Below, in pieces: positions 11,501-26,220 of a DNA stretch of 55,685 bases. Where the stretch lies: contig NIVC01004200.1 of assembly GCA_002269645.1 (NCBI GenBank), positions 1 through 55,685 of the forward strand, in the 5' to 3' direction. Each line of letters starts with the position of its first letter. The stretch's first letter is position 1. The notes under the pieces were generated by a model, which saw only the letters and a program-made list of their open reading frames with translations, ran no database searches and was not told the origin of the DNA. Made by a program: the position numbers and the translations under genes. The stretch comes from Macrostomum lignano (Eukaryota).

Positions 11501-12399
11501 ATGACTTAAGTTAAGCTATGGCTTTTATCGAAGAACGGATTGCAACAAATTAATGCAAGTTTATTGCTTATCGAGTTGGTACAAAAAAACTAAAATATTA
11601 AACTAGGCCTCACGCGCGTAAAATAAGAGACCACCGACGACAGATGAATCAGGGGTGCCGCAGTGCGGGCTTACTTAAATAAAACTAAGTTAGGTTTTCT
11701 TTCCTTCAAGTATTAGACTACGTTAACTAAACGTTATTAAGTTAAGGGGCGAGTCGGAAAGAGTAGAAGAAAGGGGAAGAGCAAGAGAGAGGGAGAGAGG
11801 AGAAAAAAAACTGAGGGGAGGACAGGCGCAAGGGGCGGGAATAAATACACAGGAAACAGGTCACAAAAAGGCTTGCGAGGCCCAGAAACTGGGGAAGGGC
11901 GAAAACTCAAAAGGCCAAAAAGGGGATTCAACAAAATTACCGCAGAAATACATAGTAAAACAAAAGGAAAACACAATTTGGTCATATAGCGCCAGAAAAT
12001 GGGGCAAAGGGGAACAGGAAGAGGGCAGAAATACGTCATGACTTGCGCCAGGGAGTGGACTAACGGGGACCAGAATAGGGTACGCATAATTTTATTGTCC
12101 AGAAACTGTAATGTTATTAAGAAACCATAAGAGCCAATAATCAATCGGTGGTACCCAACTACCACAATTAGAACGTACTATTGAATTATTTACTCTCGGC
12201 CACATATTATTTTCGATGCTATATGCTCATTGTACATGGTTAAAGTGTTACATTACACGTTGCACTCATTAAAAACAAATATTTTTACTTAGCTATGGCC
12301 TTTTGTGAGAAAAAAATTCGCTTTGGTAAAATAATTATCTTCGGCCACTTTTTCTAAAATACATCTGGCCACTTCCTCGGCCACATATTTTTTAATGTG
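8546..12399 (-). mobile_element. Non-autonomous, internally deleted CACTA/EnSpm element
   Basis: Left TIR CACTGTAAAAAATATGTGGCCG (8546). Right TIR CGGCCACATATTTTTTAATGTG (ends 12399), 20/22 match. 2-bp TSD CA at 8544-8545 and 12400-12401. GTGGCC subterminal motifs at both ends. Confidence 0.85.
9255..10445 (-). pseudogene. Relic ORFs inside the CACTA element: C2H2-finger transposase N-terminus joined to the C-terminus of a second ORF
   Basis: MFPCKCGKTFEQMSGFVHH and FTCPIQHC...RFH zinc-finger-like pair, then NFVKANYPFVEP. An unrelated-looking segment follows (LETILLYVLAFLALNL) that resembles the C-terminus of EnSpm accessory proteins (from memory). No DDE core present. Confidence 0.55.
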
Positions 12400-12401
12400 C
12401 A

Positions 12402-12510
12402 GTCCTTGACGGGCCGGCTTGTACATAGAAGTTGCAAAGGGCCCGGGGGCCGGATCTAGAGGCCTCGCAGGCTGCATCTGGACCGCGGGCCGGAGTTTGC
12501 CGACCCCTTG
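12402..12510 (-). mobile_element. hAT-like terminal remnant
   Basis: Reverse complement reads CAAGGGGTCGGCAAACTCCGGCCCGCGG, close to the CAGGGGTCGGCAAAC...GGCCCGCGG termini of many animal hATs (from memory). Partner end not found. Confidence 0.5.
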
Positions 12511-14511
12511 TGCTACAACTATATACGTACGCCCTATTATACGTATACAAATTTACTTGTTCAATTTTGAATTAAAAAGTCGAAAGTCAAGTCAATATGA
12601 CTTGGAAAGTCCAATTTTCGGCACTCATCTTAATCGAATGAATAAACAATTAGCAGTAGCTAGCTACCCGAAAGTAGCTAACACCTACATAGCTCGAATA
12701 TAGCTTAATTGGGAATACACAAAAATTGCGAACTTGTTAGTTACTCTCGACTTATAAGCTGGAGAAATACACACGCTTAAAAATAAATATTTTTCTGTAC
12801 CTGAAAATCGATGTCTGAAGCACATCTTTTTATCCTACTACCAGTGGCATAGGACGAGTTAACATAAGTTCGCTTAAAAAAGAGCAATTGAAAATTGAAA
12901 AATTGTATCGCGTTTGTAGGGAATTTTACACTTCGTTTAAACAGAAAAAATTATTCAAATGAAAAGTGGAAGATACTATTTTACGTTACAAATCACATTT
13001 CCTTCACGAAACGCCACTAAAAACATAATAAAACAAGGTTAAATCAGCAATGCGCCACACCGGCGCCCGAGCGTACAAAGGTGGGGATAGGAAAATCGAG
13101 CCGCGCCCGGGGCGACACCTGCGCGCATGCCGCCCAGACCCTACGCCCCAAAAATCTGCCCCACTGGGAAACTAACAGCCTAGACAGTGGGGACAAGCAC
13201 TGGACTGAGTGATAGACAAAATTTTGCAAAACAGTGCACAAACAAACAAAAATGCAACTTAGTGATAAAAATGGCCAGAAAAAAGAAAAGAAGAAAAGAG
13301 ACCCAGGACAGAAAAAATTTGGGCCACACATGGGACAAGTGTCACAAATAAACTGCAATTAGACAAAAAATATAATTTTGGCATACAAAAAAATTAGAGT
13401 TTCAAAAGTATAGTCTGTTACAGTGGCATCTCGCCTGCCACAGTACTCTAAGAATAAAAAGCTTTGTGAAAAAGTAAGATAATTAGACCTACTTTTTATT
13501 GTTTAGAGAAATCACTCTAAAGTTTATCATAAGACATAAGGTTCATATTAGGAAGACGTAAAATATATTTTAATGGACATTATCCTGTTGCTAAAGTTAA
13601 TATCAACATCGATAAAAGTCTCTTATCTTTCTTCTTTATTAATCTATTTGTCTCTCATTTCAACAACAAATTAAATATTCTAATAAATAAGTAGAATTCT
13701 AATCTTTGAGGAAGTCCCTTTAAGCTAATAGAACTTAGCCTTTGCAATGAGCCCATATGCCCTAGGCCCTAATATTTGTATACAAGTTTATAATGTCATT
13801 TGGTTTTTCAATTTCAAAGGTTGATATATTGGTTAATAAGCTTGCCAACTATCTTATAAGGATTTTAGTATGCTGATAGACAATAAATGACATAATATTT
13901 GTAGTCTTAGTAGTCTTATTAGGCACCTTGACTATCACACACTTGTTGGTATTGGATATGGCCATAGACAATTCAATTGCATATATACCTAGTCATGATG
14001 TAAAGAAATGATACTTCAAGCCTTCTAAGCAATCTAAAAGTACAACAATTATGTGATATAACTTAATATATAGTAATAGTTGAGGAAAAATGCATATATG
14101 CAATTGGCTTTTTCAAAGGAATCTTCTTTGCATGACTATGTGGGCTTTTTATCTTGTACGTCCAAAAAATCTGTGATACACTGGAAATCATCTAAAAGAT
14201 GGGCATTTCAATATGAAGCTCATAATAGTTTTGACCAAATCTAACTCATTAAGTTGTAATTCAAGTGTTAATAATATAAAACTATCTGATAAAGTGATTT
14301 AAAACTTCACAGTGAACTTATTTGTCAAGCCTGAACAGATCAGTCCATCACTAATCACTTCAGATATCTGTCAGGTATTTCAATTCAATGCCTATACATG
14401 CAATTGTTTGACTTGCAGACTGAAGCAAAACAGCCTTGAAGCAGCCCATCACTGATCTGCCAACTCCCAAGACCCAATTAGGTGCCAAAAAGTCCAGGCA
14501 AGTCAGATGCA

Positions 14512-17632
<3,121 letters not shown>

Positions 17633-18189
17633 CAGCCTCTCAGCCCGCTTCCAGTTCTTGTACCGCCTCGTTTGACCTGGGAATTGTCGGTTCCGTTTTT
17701 GTTAGGAATTTTTTTCATATATGTTTTGTATTGTTTTCCCAGACAAGTGCTTCCAATTTTTTGATAGAAAAATATAGGTAAATGAGGCAAGGGCGATGAC
17801 AGTAGGGCAATGACCAGTATATGATCAGATAGGTACAATGGTGTTTGCTGTAAAGTCTTGCTTTAGTTTCACAAACCCATGATTTGAATTGTTTACCGGG
17901 GGTTTCAAATCTCTATTGTGTTTTAGCTCGGATGTGTTTTGTGTTAATATTTTGTGTTTTTTTCCGAGCAGCGCAGTTTTTTTCTCTGCTGTTGTCTACA
18001 GATACCAGAATAACTAGATTTCATTCGCCGCTGAAGTGTAAAAGTAGAGCGTCTACTCTGTTCTCAGTAGTTTGTCTGCGAAAAGACACTTAAATTTGAT
18101 GTAGTAGCTAAAAGTTCCTTTCGGCCATATGGGGTTTGGGTTTAAGATTGAACAACCTGCATTTAATTCGATAGTACACTAGTGAACGC

Positions 18190-18510
18190 AAGACGGACGA
18201 AACTCAGTCTGGGGGCAGGCCAAATCTAGCTCAGCCAATGAGAGAGCAGTAAGGAGACAAGTCAAAAGTCAGATTGACGAAACTTACTAAGGGGCAGGCC
18301 AAATCTAGTTCAGCCAATGAGAGAGCAGTAAGGAGACAAGTCAAAGTCAAACGGACGAAACTCAGTCTAGGGGCAGGCCCAATCTTTCTCAGCCAATGAG
18401 AGAGCAGTAAGGAGACAAGTCATAGTCAAACGGACGAAACTCAGTCTGGGGGCAGACCCAATTTTTCTCAGCCAATGAGAGAGCAGTAAGGAGAGAGATC
18501 AAAGTCAGGC
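18190..18510. repeat. About 80-bp tandem repeat, 4 copies, each with a CCAAT motif
   Basis: Unit ACGGACGAAACTCAGTCTRGGGGCAGGCCMAATCT..CTCAGCCAATGAGAGAGCAGTAAGGAGACAAGTCAAAGTCAA. Confidence 0.9.
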
Positions 18511-19489
18511 ACAAGGAGAGGAAAGCCTAACTGTTCATCTAGCTGGGCTGGGGCTAGGGCGCTCCCACCTCCCAGCCAATCGAAAAAAACAGGATGAAGA
18601 TGCAAATTTAATGAATCTGCTTGAAGAAAACCGGAGGTCATTTTTGCAGCTTCAGAAACTTTAAGATATCTTGTAAGATTTAATAATTTTTATTTTAGTC
18701 GTTTAGAAGCAAAAAACCGCTTATTTTGCTACTGATAAGAGTAGATAAGCAAATTTTTGCGACATCTTGTTATTCTAGTATCTGTGCTGTGGTTCAGTTT
18801 ATCATTCGATGAGCGTGAATGCTAAATAAATTGTTTATTAGATTAAACAGGAAGGTCAATTAAGGTCACATTAACTTTCCCTGTCTTCTAGACGGCATGG
18901 CGGCATGTTTTGCTGATTTTTGCACATAAACTTGCTTTTTGATTCTGAGCTCATGATGCACTGTTGTTATTTGAATTTTTGGCCTTCGAATGTGTACACT
19001 CTGCGCTATCACATTGCACCGATTCATTGATGAACAACTGGCTGATTCGTGATTTCTCTTCCATTCATAAGTACCATCCGTACTCTCATCTCCCTCCGCC
19101 CGCTGTGCACTAATTTGTTTACTCGCAAAATTGCTGCTGACAGATACTCGCTACTGGCCAGTAGTCTCTCGCGAAAACGACCAGACATTTGTCCTGTTTT
19201 GATGATTATATGAATAAATATATATTTTTTCATTTGCTTGCAAACGGCAAAAATATAATTGACGCTATTGGCAGAAACACCTGAGTATTTCCATTATATT
19301 GTTGCTGTGGCACGGCTGCTCAATTTCTGTTGGCTTTTGCTCTTATTGAAGCGGTTGCTTTTTTCCATTATTTTGACAAGCTGCTCAATCTTTTCAGAGC
19401 GGCAGGGAGATCTGAGAATGCAAATAATACAATTTTCATTGCCCTTTACTAATCATACCAGTATCTCACCCGTGACGTTCTGTCTACAT

Positions 19490-19865
19490 GTTTTCTCGGT
19501 TGAGATTCGCATCTCGTCTCAGGTAAGATTCTCATCTTATTTCTTAGGCGAGATTCGCATCTTACATGTATCTTACAGGTGAGATTCTCACTTCATCTCT
19601 TAGGGGAGATTTCTCATCTCATCTTTCAGGTGAGATTCTCATCTAATATCTCAGGTAAGATTCTCATCTCATTTCCTTTGTCAGGTGAGATTCTCATCTA
19701 TTCTCTCAGGTGAGATTCTCATCTATTCTCTCAGGTGAGATTCTCATCTAATCTCTCAGGCGAGATTCTCATCTCATTTCCTTTGTCAGGTGAGATCTCA
19801 TCTGATCTAATCTAATCTCATTTTCTCAAACAATATTCCAGCCTCATTTTCTCAGGTGAGAGTCG
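19490..19865. repeat. Degenerate minisatellite with CAGGTGAGATTCTCATCT core
   Basis: About 10-12 copies of the core with variable spacers. Confidence 0.85.
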
Positions 19866-20454
19866 CATTAATCCTGTTTTGAAAAGCAGAAGTATAATTT
19901 ATTCCAACATGCAACTGCTGCTCACTTAATTAACTCAATAAGCGCTGAGACTGCCTCTTGTTTTTCTTGTCTAATAAGGAAATTCTCGCCTGTAGCTGTT
20001 ACTGCATCCTGATTAGCCTTTCGCCTAGCTGACAGCGAGGCCATCTGATTTATTATTTTCTCATAAACGCATAATCAGGGTGCCATAGTTGGCATGCAGT
20101 TTCACGGACGGAAGACTCAACAGGCACCGAATAGCGAAGAAAGTCTCCTAAACCATCTCAGCAGGAACCGCCCTCACCTCACGCACTCGTTTTTTCCAAT
20201 AACAAAAATTATCTGCAACGCCCGTGTATCAACAATTCGAATTAGCAATTTAGAGGCCGCTCCCAGCTGCTCATCCAGCTTCATCTGGAGAGGGGCTGTC
20301 GGGGGCAGCCATCTCTTTGGGAATTTTTATTAGCCCCGGCATTCAGGTCAGGGAGGGGGGATCGCGCACTTTCAGCCTCGGTTTTTGTTTTTAGATGGAT
20401 CTGCTTTGATGCGAGATGCTCACCTTTGGGATTTCAGTCCCTCGCTGTGGCTGT

Positions 20455-20640
20455 CTGCCTCTGTCTGTCTGTCTGTCTGTCTATCTGTCTGTCTGTCTGC
20501 TGCCTGCCTCTGTCTGTCTGTCTGACTGCCTTCTGTCTGTCTGTATGTCTGTCTGTCTGTCTGTCTGTCTGTCTTTCTGTCTGTCCGTCTGTCTGTCTGT
20601 CTAACTGCCTGTCTGCCTGTGCGTGTCTGTCTGTCTACCT
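20455..20640. repeat. (TCTG)n microsatellite
   Basis: Direct reading. Confidence 0.9.
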
Positions 20641-21107
20641 GTCCCCAGCGCATCCGGTATCTGCTGAAGCGGCAGCACCCTCGCCCGCTGTCAGCTGTCC
20701 GAGTCCCCGTGAGCAAAGCCGATATTCAAAGTGACAGGCCAGCAGTGCCGCGCTGTCCGGGCGGTGGAAAGCGGAAAAAGAGAGGGGCAACCGATGGGGC
20801 TCTGATTGGCCCAGCTGGTCTGCTTCAGAGGCCAGCTAGTGTGGACTTCCTGTGTCCCCCACCCCCTATCAGCGGGTCCTGTCTAGCCTGAGATTTATGC
20901 CTGAGATGATGAGGAAGAGATGAAGTTGGAGACGATATCATCCAGTAGAGCTGCCCTCTCCTGTGGCCTCCAGGATCGCGCGGGTAGGACGCAGCTGTCG
21001 CCAGGTAAGACTGGTTGATTAACCCAATATTTTGTCTCGCTTCAATTTCGAAAGCAAAACTTCAGGCACTGCGAACAGCAGTGCTCAGTTAATTCGAAGA
21101 TGCCGCG

Positions 21108-21540
21108 CCACCCTCTCGATAGAAATGGCGCCACTGCCTCAATGAAAATGGCGCCACCCTCTCGATAGAAATGGCGCCACTCTCAATAGAAATGGCACCA
21201 CTGACTCTAGAAATGGCGACAGCCTCTCGATAGAAATGGCCCGCCTCCCTAAATAGAAATGGTGCCACTCTCTCAAAAGAAATGGCGCCACTCTCTCAAT
21301 AGAAATGGCGCCACTGCCTCAATATAAATGGCGCCACTGCCTCAATAGAAATGGCGCCACTCCCTCAGTAGAAATGACGCCATGCACTGTCTTAATAAAA
21401 AAGGCGCAACTCCCTCGTTAGAAATGGCGCCACTGCCTCAATTGAAGTGGCGCCACTTCCTCAAATAAAATGACCCTCCTCAAGTGAAATAGCCACCTTC
21501 ATCAAATAAAATGGCGCCACTTACATAAAATGGCGCCCCT
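21108..21540. repeat. About 23-bp minisatellite with AAATGGCGCCAC core
   Basis: About 19 units, roughly a dozen with intact AAATGGCG. Ends about 110 bp upstream of the GPCR ATG. Confidence 0.9.
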
Positions 21541-21647
21541 CAAAAGACGTGCCAAACTAAAATACTGCTGCTACTATAAGTAGGCACTGGTAGAAAGAAT
21601 CAACAAGTGCGCTTACTTTGTCGTCCCACCAACTGCTAGGCTCTCCA

Positions 21648-22940
21648 ATGACCTCCAACTGGACCGGCGCTGAGGACCCCGGAGGCGGCGGTCCCGACTG
21701 GCAGCGGCCGGGCCCACTGGGCCACCTGGCAGAGCCCTACGTGTACATCCCGCTGTCCACAGTGAATGTCCTCTTGTCCGCCTTCTCGGCGCTGTTTTTC
21801 CTGGTGCGGGACAAGGCCGTCCACCCGGTGCCCCGCCGCCTGGTGGTGACCATGTCGGTGTTCGAGATCCTCTTCCACCTGTCCGTCATCGCGGCCTACG
21901 CCGACCAGCTGGCCCGATCCGCGCCGTCACGCCGCGAAGGCTCGCCGCCCGCGCTGCTGGCGCTGCAGGCGCTGCTGCGCTTCTCCCTGACCATGCGCAA
22001 CTGGACCATGGGCTTGATCTCCTGGTCCCGTCTGGAGGCCGTCTGCCGCCCTGTGGCCAGCCGCTCCTCCGGCCGCACCTTGTTCAAGCCGGCCTACATT
22101 GTTGCCATGGAAACGGTGGCCGCCTTGGCCGGCCTTGCGCTCAGCGCGCTGATGGTGACGGCGCAGGACGCCAGGCTGAGCCGGGCCCACTGGACTCAGG
22201 CGCAGGTGCACGCCATCGAGGTGGTGTTCTACACCTACCAGGGCATGGTGCCGATCCTGTCCATCCTGCTGGCCACCGTCATCACGGTGTCAGTGCTCCG
22301 GAAGGCCGGCCACCTGAGGAGGCGGCTGTGCTCGCAGCAGATGCAGCAGATGCAGCAGCTGCACCAGCAGCAGCAGCAGGCCGGTCTCTGTCCGGACCCG
22401 GCCACGTCCGAGGAGGACGAGGCGCCACAGGAGACCAGCGAGGACCAGCAGCAGCTCCGTGAGCTGCAGCAGCGCAGGCGGCGTCGCCGGAAGAAGTGCC
22501 GCCGTCAGGCGAAGCGCGAGCGCCGCAGCATGCAGCTGATTGTGGCCCTGTCGCTCACCTGCCTGGTGCTCGAGAGCCCCACGGACGTGTGCGGCTTCAT
22601 CAAGAACAAGGCGCCGCTGACCGAGCTGGTGGTGAACACCCTGGTTGAGCTGGACTCGCTGTGCAACTTCTTCATCTACACCTGCACCACCGGCATTCTG
22701 CGCCAGTTCTGCGCCTCCCCCACGACTGCCAGCAGGCGGGGCGCTTCGGCTGGTGGCACCACCGCGGCTGCCGCGGCCGCCAACGTTGCCGGAGTCGTTG
22801 GCGCCATCATCAGCGGCGGCGGCGGCGGCGGCGGCGGCGCCGGTGGCACTACAGCGGGTGGTTCGACGACCTACCAGCGCAGTCCACAGGAGCTGAGCGA
22901 CAGTGCAGGCGGCTCCCACCAGCAACTGGACGAAAACTGA
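21648..22940 (+). CDS. Intronless divergent rhodopsin-like (class A) 7TM GPCR, orphan
   Basis: Seven hydrophobic segments. End of TM3 is SRLEAVCRP (DRY-equivalent), TM6 is TCLVLESP, TM7 is NFFIY. Long Gln/acidic/Arg-rich ICL3; N-terminal NWT sequon; GC-rich codon usage like the other host genes. Confidence 0.88.
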   Translation: MTSNWTGAEDPGGGGPDWQRPGPLGHLAEPYVYIPLSTVNVLLSAFSALFFLVRDKAVHPVPRRLVVTMSVFEILFHLSVIAAYADQLARSAPSRREGSPPALLALQALLRFSLTMRNWTMGLISWSRLEAVCRPVASRSSGRTLFKPAYIVAMETVAALAGLALSALMVTAQDARLSRAHWTQAQVHAIEVVFYTYQGMVPILSILLATVITVSVLRKAGHLRRRLCSQQMQQMQQLHQQQQQAGLCPDPATSEEDEAPQETSEDQQQLRELQQRRRRRRKKCRRQAKRERRSMQLIVALSLTCLVLESPTDVCGFIKNKAPLTELVVNTLVELDSLCNFFIYTCTTGILRQFCASPTTASRRGASAGGTTAAAAAANVAGVVGAIISGGGGGGGGAGGTTAGGSTTYQRSPQELSDSAGGSHQQLDEN

Positions 22941-22997
22941 CAAAGTTTTTAACTATGGCTGCCCTATTCTAGATGTAGGTTAGAATGTTCTCTTTGA

Positions 22998-23330
22998 TCT
23001 TGTCCTCAGGTGAGATTCGAATCTTGTCCTCAGGTGAGATTCAAATATTGTCCTCAGGTGAGATTTAAGTCTTGTCCGCAGGTGAGATTAAAATCTTGTC
23101 CTCAGGTGAGATTCAAATCTTGTCCTCAGGTGAGATTCAAATCTTGTCCTCAGGTGAGATTAAAATCTTGTCCTCAGGTGAGATTCAAATCTTGTCCTTA
23201 GGGGAGATTTAAGTCTTGTCCTCAGGTGAGATTGCGATCTTGTCTTCAGGTGAGATTCAAATCTTGTCCTCAGGTGAGATTCAAATCTTGTCCTCAGGTG
23301 AGATTCAAATCTTGTCCTCAGGTGAGATTT
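22998..23330. repeat. 24-bp minisatellite GTCCTCAGGTGAGATTCAAATCTT
   Basis: About 13-14 near-identical copies just 3' of the GPCR stop. Confidence 0.95.
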
Positions 23331-24039
23331 TAAGCGACAGCATTATCTTTAAGAGCTAAATGAGCTGAGAAACAGTTCCTTGCTCATATTTGGCTCTTGG
23401 TTCGATAAGTTTAAAGTTTTGATATTGTCAAATAAAAAGGCATTGCCAGGGAACAGGGTGAATATTTTTAATTTTCCTCGCAGCAGTTATCGAACACAGC
23501 CTGCGCAAACCTGCCTTCATCCTTTCTCATTTATATCAACGAAAAATAAATTTGTCCCACCATTGAAGAACGATTCAGTGCGGACTGCTTCAAAGAGCCT
23601 CTAGCAGTCAGCTTGCTCCAAGGTTGAGGCAATTTATCAACAGTAGTTGCCAGCTGAGCAGTTTGTATGTGATGCAGTCCACGCCCATGAGGGCCATTCA
23701 CCAAACATGTAGGACGATAAACTTCGTTTCTTAGAAAATCTTTTAAAGGCTGGTTGTGCGCAACATCATGCTAGCTAAGTAAATCTGCATCATCAAGCAA
23801 GGACAAAATCTGTTTTGAGCGAAAGCTGTGACCTCAAAAGTAACCGAAAACAATCTTGCCTTTCTACGGGCCGTCGTATGCTGCCTGCTTGTCAACAAGA
23901 CTCAAGGGACTTAAGAGGTGTTGACACAAGAGCTGGGGCAGAAAAGTTTGGCTTTTGAAGTAGATTGTGGAGGGTGAGGGGCCAGGCGGAAAGGGGCGGA
24001 GAAGCGGGCGGAAATGTGCAGAAAGGAGCGGAAACAAGA

Positions 24040-24610
24040 GGTGAGGGGTGGAAAGGGGCGAGACTGTGATGGGCGAGGCTGTGAGGGCGAGGCTGTGAGG
24101 GGCGAGACTGTGAGGGGCGAGACTGTGATGGGCGAGGCTGTGAGGGCCGAGGCTGTGAGGGGCGAGGCTGTGAGGGGCGAGACTGTGAGGGGCGAGACTG
24201 TGATGGGCGAGGCTGTGAGGGCCGAGGCTGTGAGGGGCGAGGCTGTGAGGGGCGAGACTGTGATGGGCGAGGCTGTGAGGGCGAGGCTGTGAGGGGCGAG
24301 ACTGTGAGGGGCGAGGCTGTGAGGGCGAGGCTGTGAGGGGCGAAGGCTGAGGGGCGAAGGCTGAGGGGCGGAGGCTGTGAGGAGCGGAACGGGGCGGAGG
24401 CTGTGAGGAGCGGAACGGGGCGGAGGCTATGAGGAGCGGAGGCTATGAGGAGCGGAACGGGGCGGAGGCTGTGAGGAGCGGAACGGGGCGGAGGCTGTGA
24501 GGAGCGGAACGGGGCGGAGGCTGTGAGGAGCGGAACGGGGCGGAGGCTGTGAGGAGCGGAACGGGGTGGAGGCTGTGAGGAGCGGAACGGGGCGGAGGCT
24601 GTGATGGGCG
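24040..24610. repeat. G-rich compound minisatellite (GCTGTGAGGGGCGAG units, then GAACGGGGCGGAGGCTGTGAGGAGCG units)
   Basis: Two abutting arrays that share GGCTGTGAGG. Confidence 0.9.
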
Positions 24611-25999
24611 GAAATGGGCAAAGACTAAGGCATCAAAGGCGATCCCAGCGCTTCCTAATCGGTGTCCATTCAAACGAGTCTGTAATAAAGACACTAAAAT
24701 CGAACGTGTCACGCGATAAAAAAGGCGCAGAGCTCCTGGTTAACAACCAGTGGATTATAAAATTTTATAGAAAGACTGAGCAAATTTTAAGTTCAAAGGT
24801 TCGATCTGCGCAGTTTAATCCTGCCAGCACTGCAGCCGCAGCTCAAAGCGTAGCTCGCTTCATTCGTTTCAAAAATCGCCGCTAATCTTCGATTCAAAAG
24901 TCGGCGGCGAACCTCACTGAACCGGAGATGCCCGCCTCCATCATTACTGCGAGCCTTCGCCGGGTGCCTTCCGTCGCGGGACACTGACTAGCGATAGCCT
25001 CAAAGTTCTGTTCAAGGGAACAGAAGCTTGTAAGTGCGAATCCGAAGACGCTGGCTTCCTTTGTAGTTTTATCTTCTCTCTCCCCCTGTATCACTCGCCT
25101 CTTCTGTTTTCTCTAATTAGCCGCTTCCTAGGGCAAACAGTCCTTTCATTGAAAAGAGATCCTGTATAACTTTTCTGTAATCATTGGCCCGGTGTGGCAT
25201 GCACGCGAAGCACGAGCAAGGGATGGAGAGATTTTGTCCACCGGACTCTGAGGAGCGGGGCCAGCGCTACTGTCGAAGCGAAGGCGAGAGAGAATCTTTG
25301 TCACCGTCCTCACGTCGTCCTCACGTCGTAATCCTTCCACTTATGACTTGGTCACAATACGCGTATTTGGCAACTCATCGAAACGCCCGTTCGTTCTTCC
25401 ATCTAGCAATCCTTTTCAACAGCTCATCGGCTAGGCACCGCCATTCGCTGATTGTGGCGGTACCCAGTCCGGCCGAACAGCTGGGGTATCGATGAACTCT
25501 GGGACAGCTGCGAGCCTGTCGTCCATCCCTACGACAGTTTTGATGCCATTGATCGCCGTGATCTTCCTCCAGTTGGATGTCCTCATGTAAGCTGCACGCG
25601 CTTTCAACGTTGTCATTCGTTCTCACCAGGCTCTTCATCAAAATAAAAGGGATCCATGTAAATTGTACATGTAAATCTAAGCGAGACATGCATGATCGTA
25701 GGTTTGCAAATTGTCTATGGCCGTTTTCGGCCGTCGAGTTGAGAACGGTTATAACCGCCTGCAACTGGAGTCAAATACAGGAAATGCAGGTTTCATTTCC
25801 TGAGCTTGAGCTTGCAAAATGGTCACTGTGCAAAGGTTTCACCCGGTATCAGCGGTTACACACATTTAAGATCACACATCCGAAAAGCGTTTGCGATTAA
25901 GCAATTTACTGAGTTGTTCAGCTTTTAATGAAACCAAAATCATGGCTGAAAATTGAATTTTGGGGACGGTAAATTGAGGTACATTGATAAAAAACATGT

Positions 26000-26220
26000 G
26001 TGCGGTATTTTCATTGTGGTGGACGAGAGTGTGCGGCAATGTGCATTGACGGGGGAACGAGAGTGTGCGGCAATGTACATTGACGGGCCGAGAGTGTGCG
26101 GCAATGTACATTGTCAGGGGCCGAAAGTGTGCGGAAATTTACATTGACGGGAACGAGAGTGTGCGATAATGTACATTGTGGGGGACGAGAGTGTGTAGCA
26201 ATGTACATTGTGGGGAGGGG
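26000..26220. repeat. About 32-bp minisatellite (GAGAGTGTGCGGCAATGTACATTGACGGG)
   Basis: About 6-7 diverged copies. Confidence 0.85.

Noticed and set aside
12842-13022. CAGTGGCATAG...AAACGCCACTA as hAT MITE ends
   Set aside because: The TIR match is imperfect and there is no 8-bp TSD.
18190-18510. GGACGAAAC-TCA-GTC in each 80-bp unit resembles the 3' half of satellite hammerheads
   Set aside because: The CUGANGA box is absent (GAGACAA at the equivalent place) and no helix I forms; at most a dead relic.
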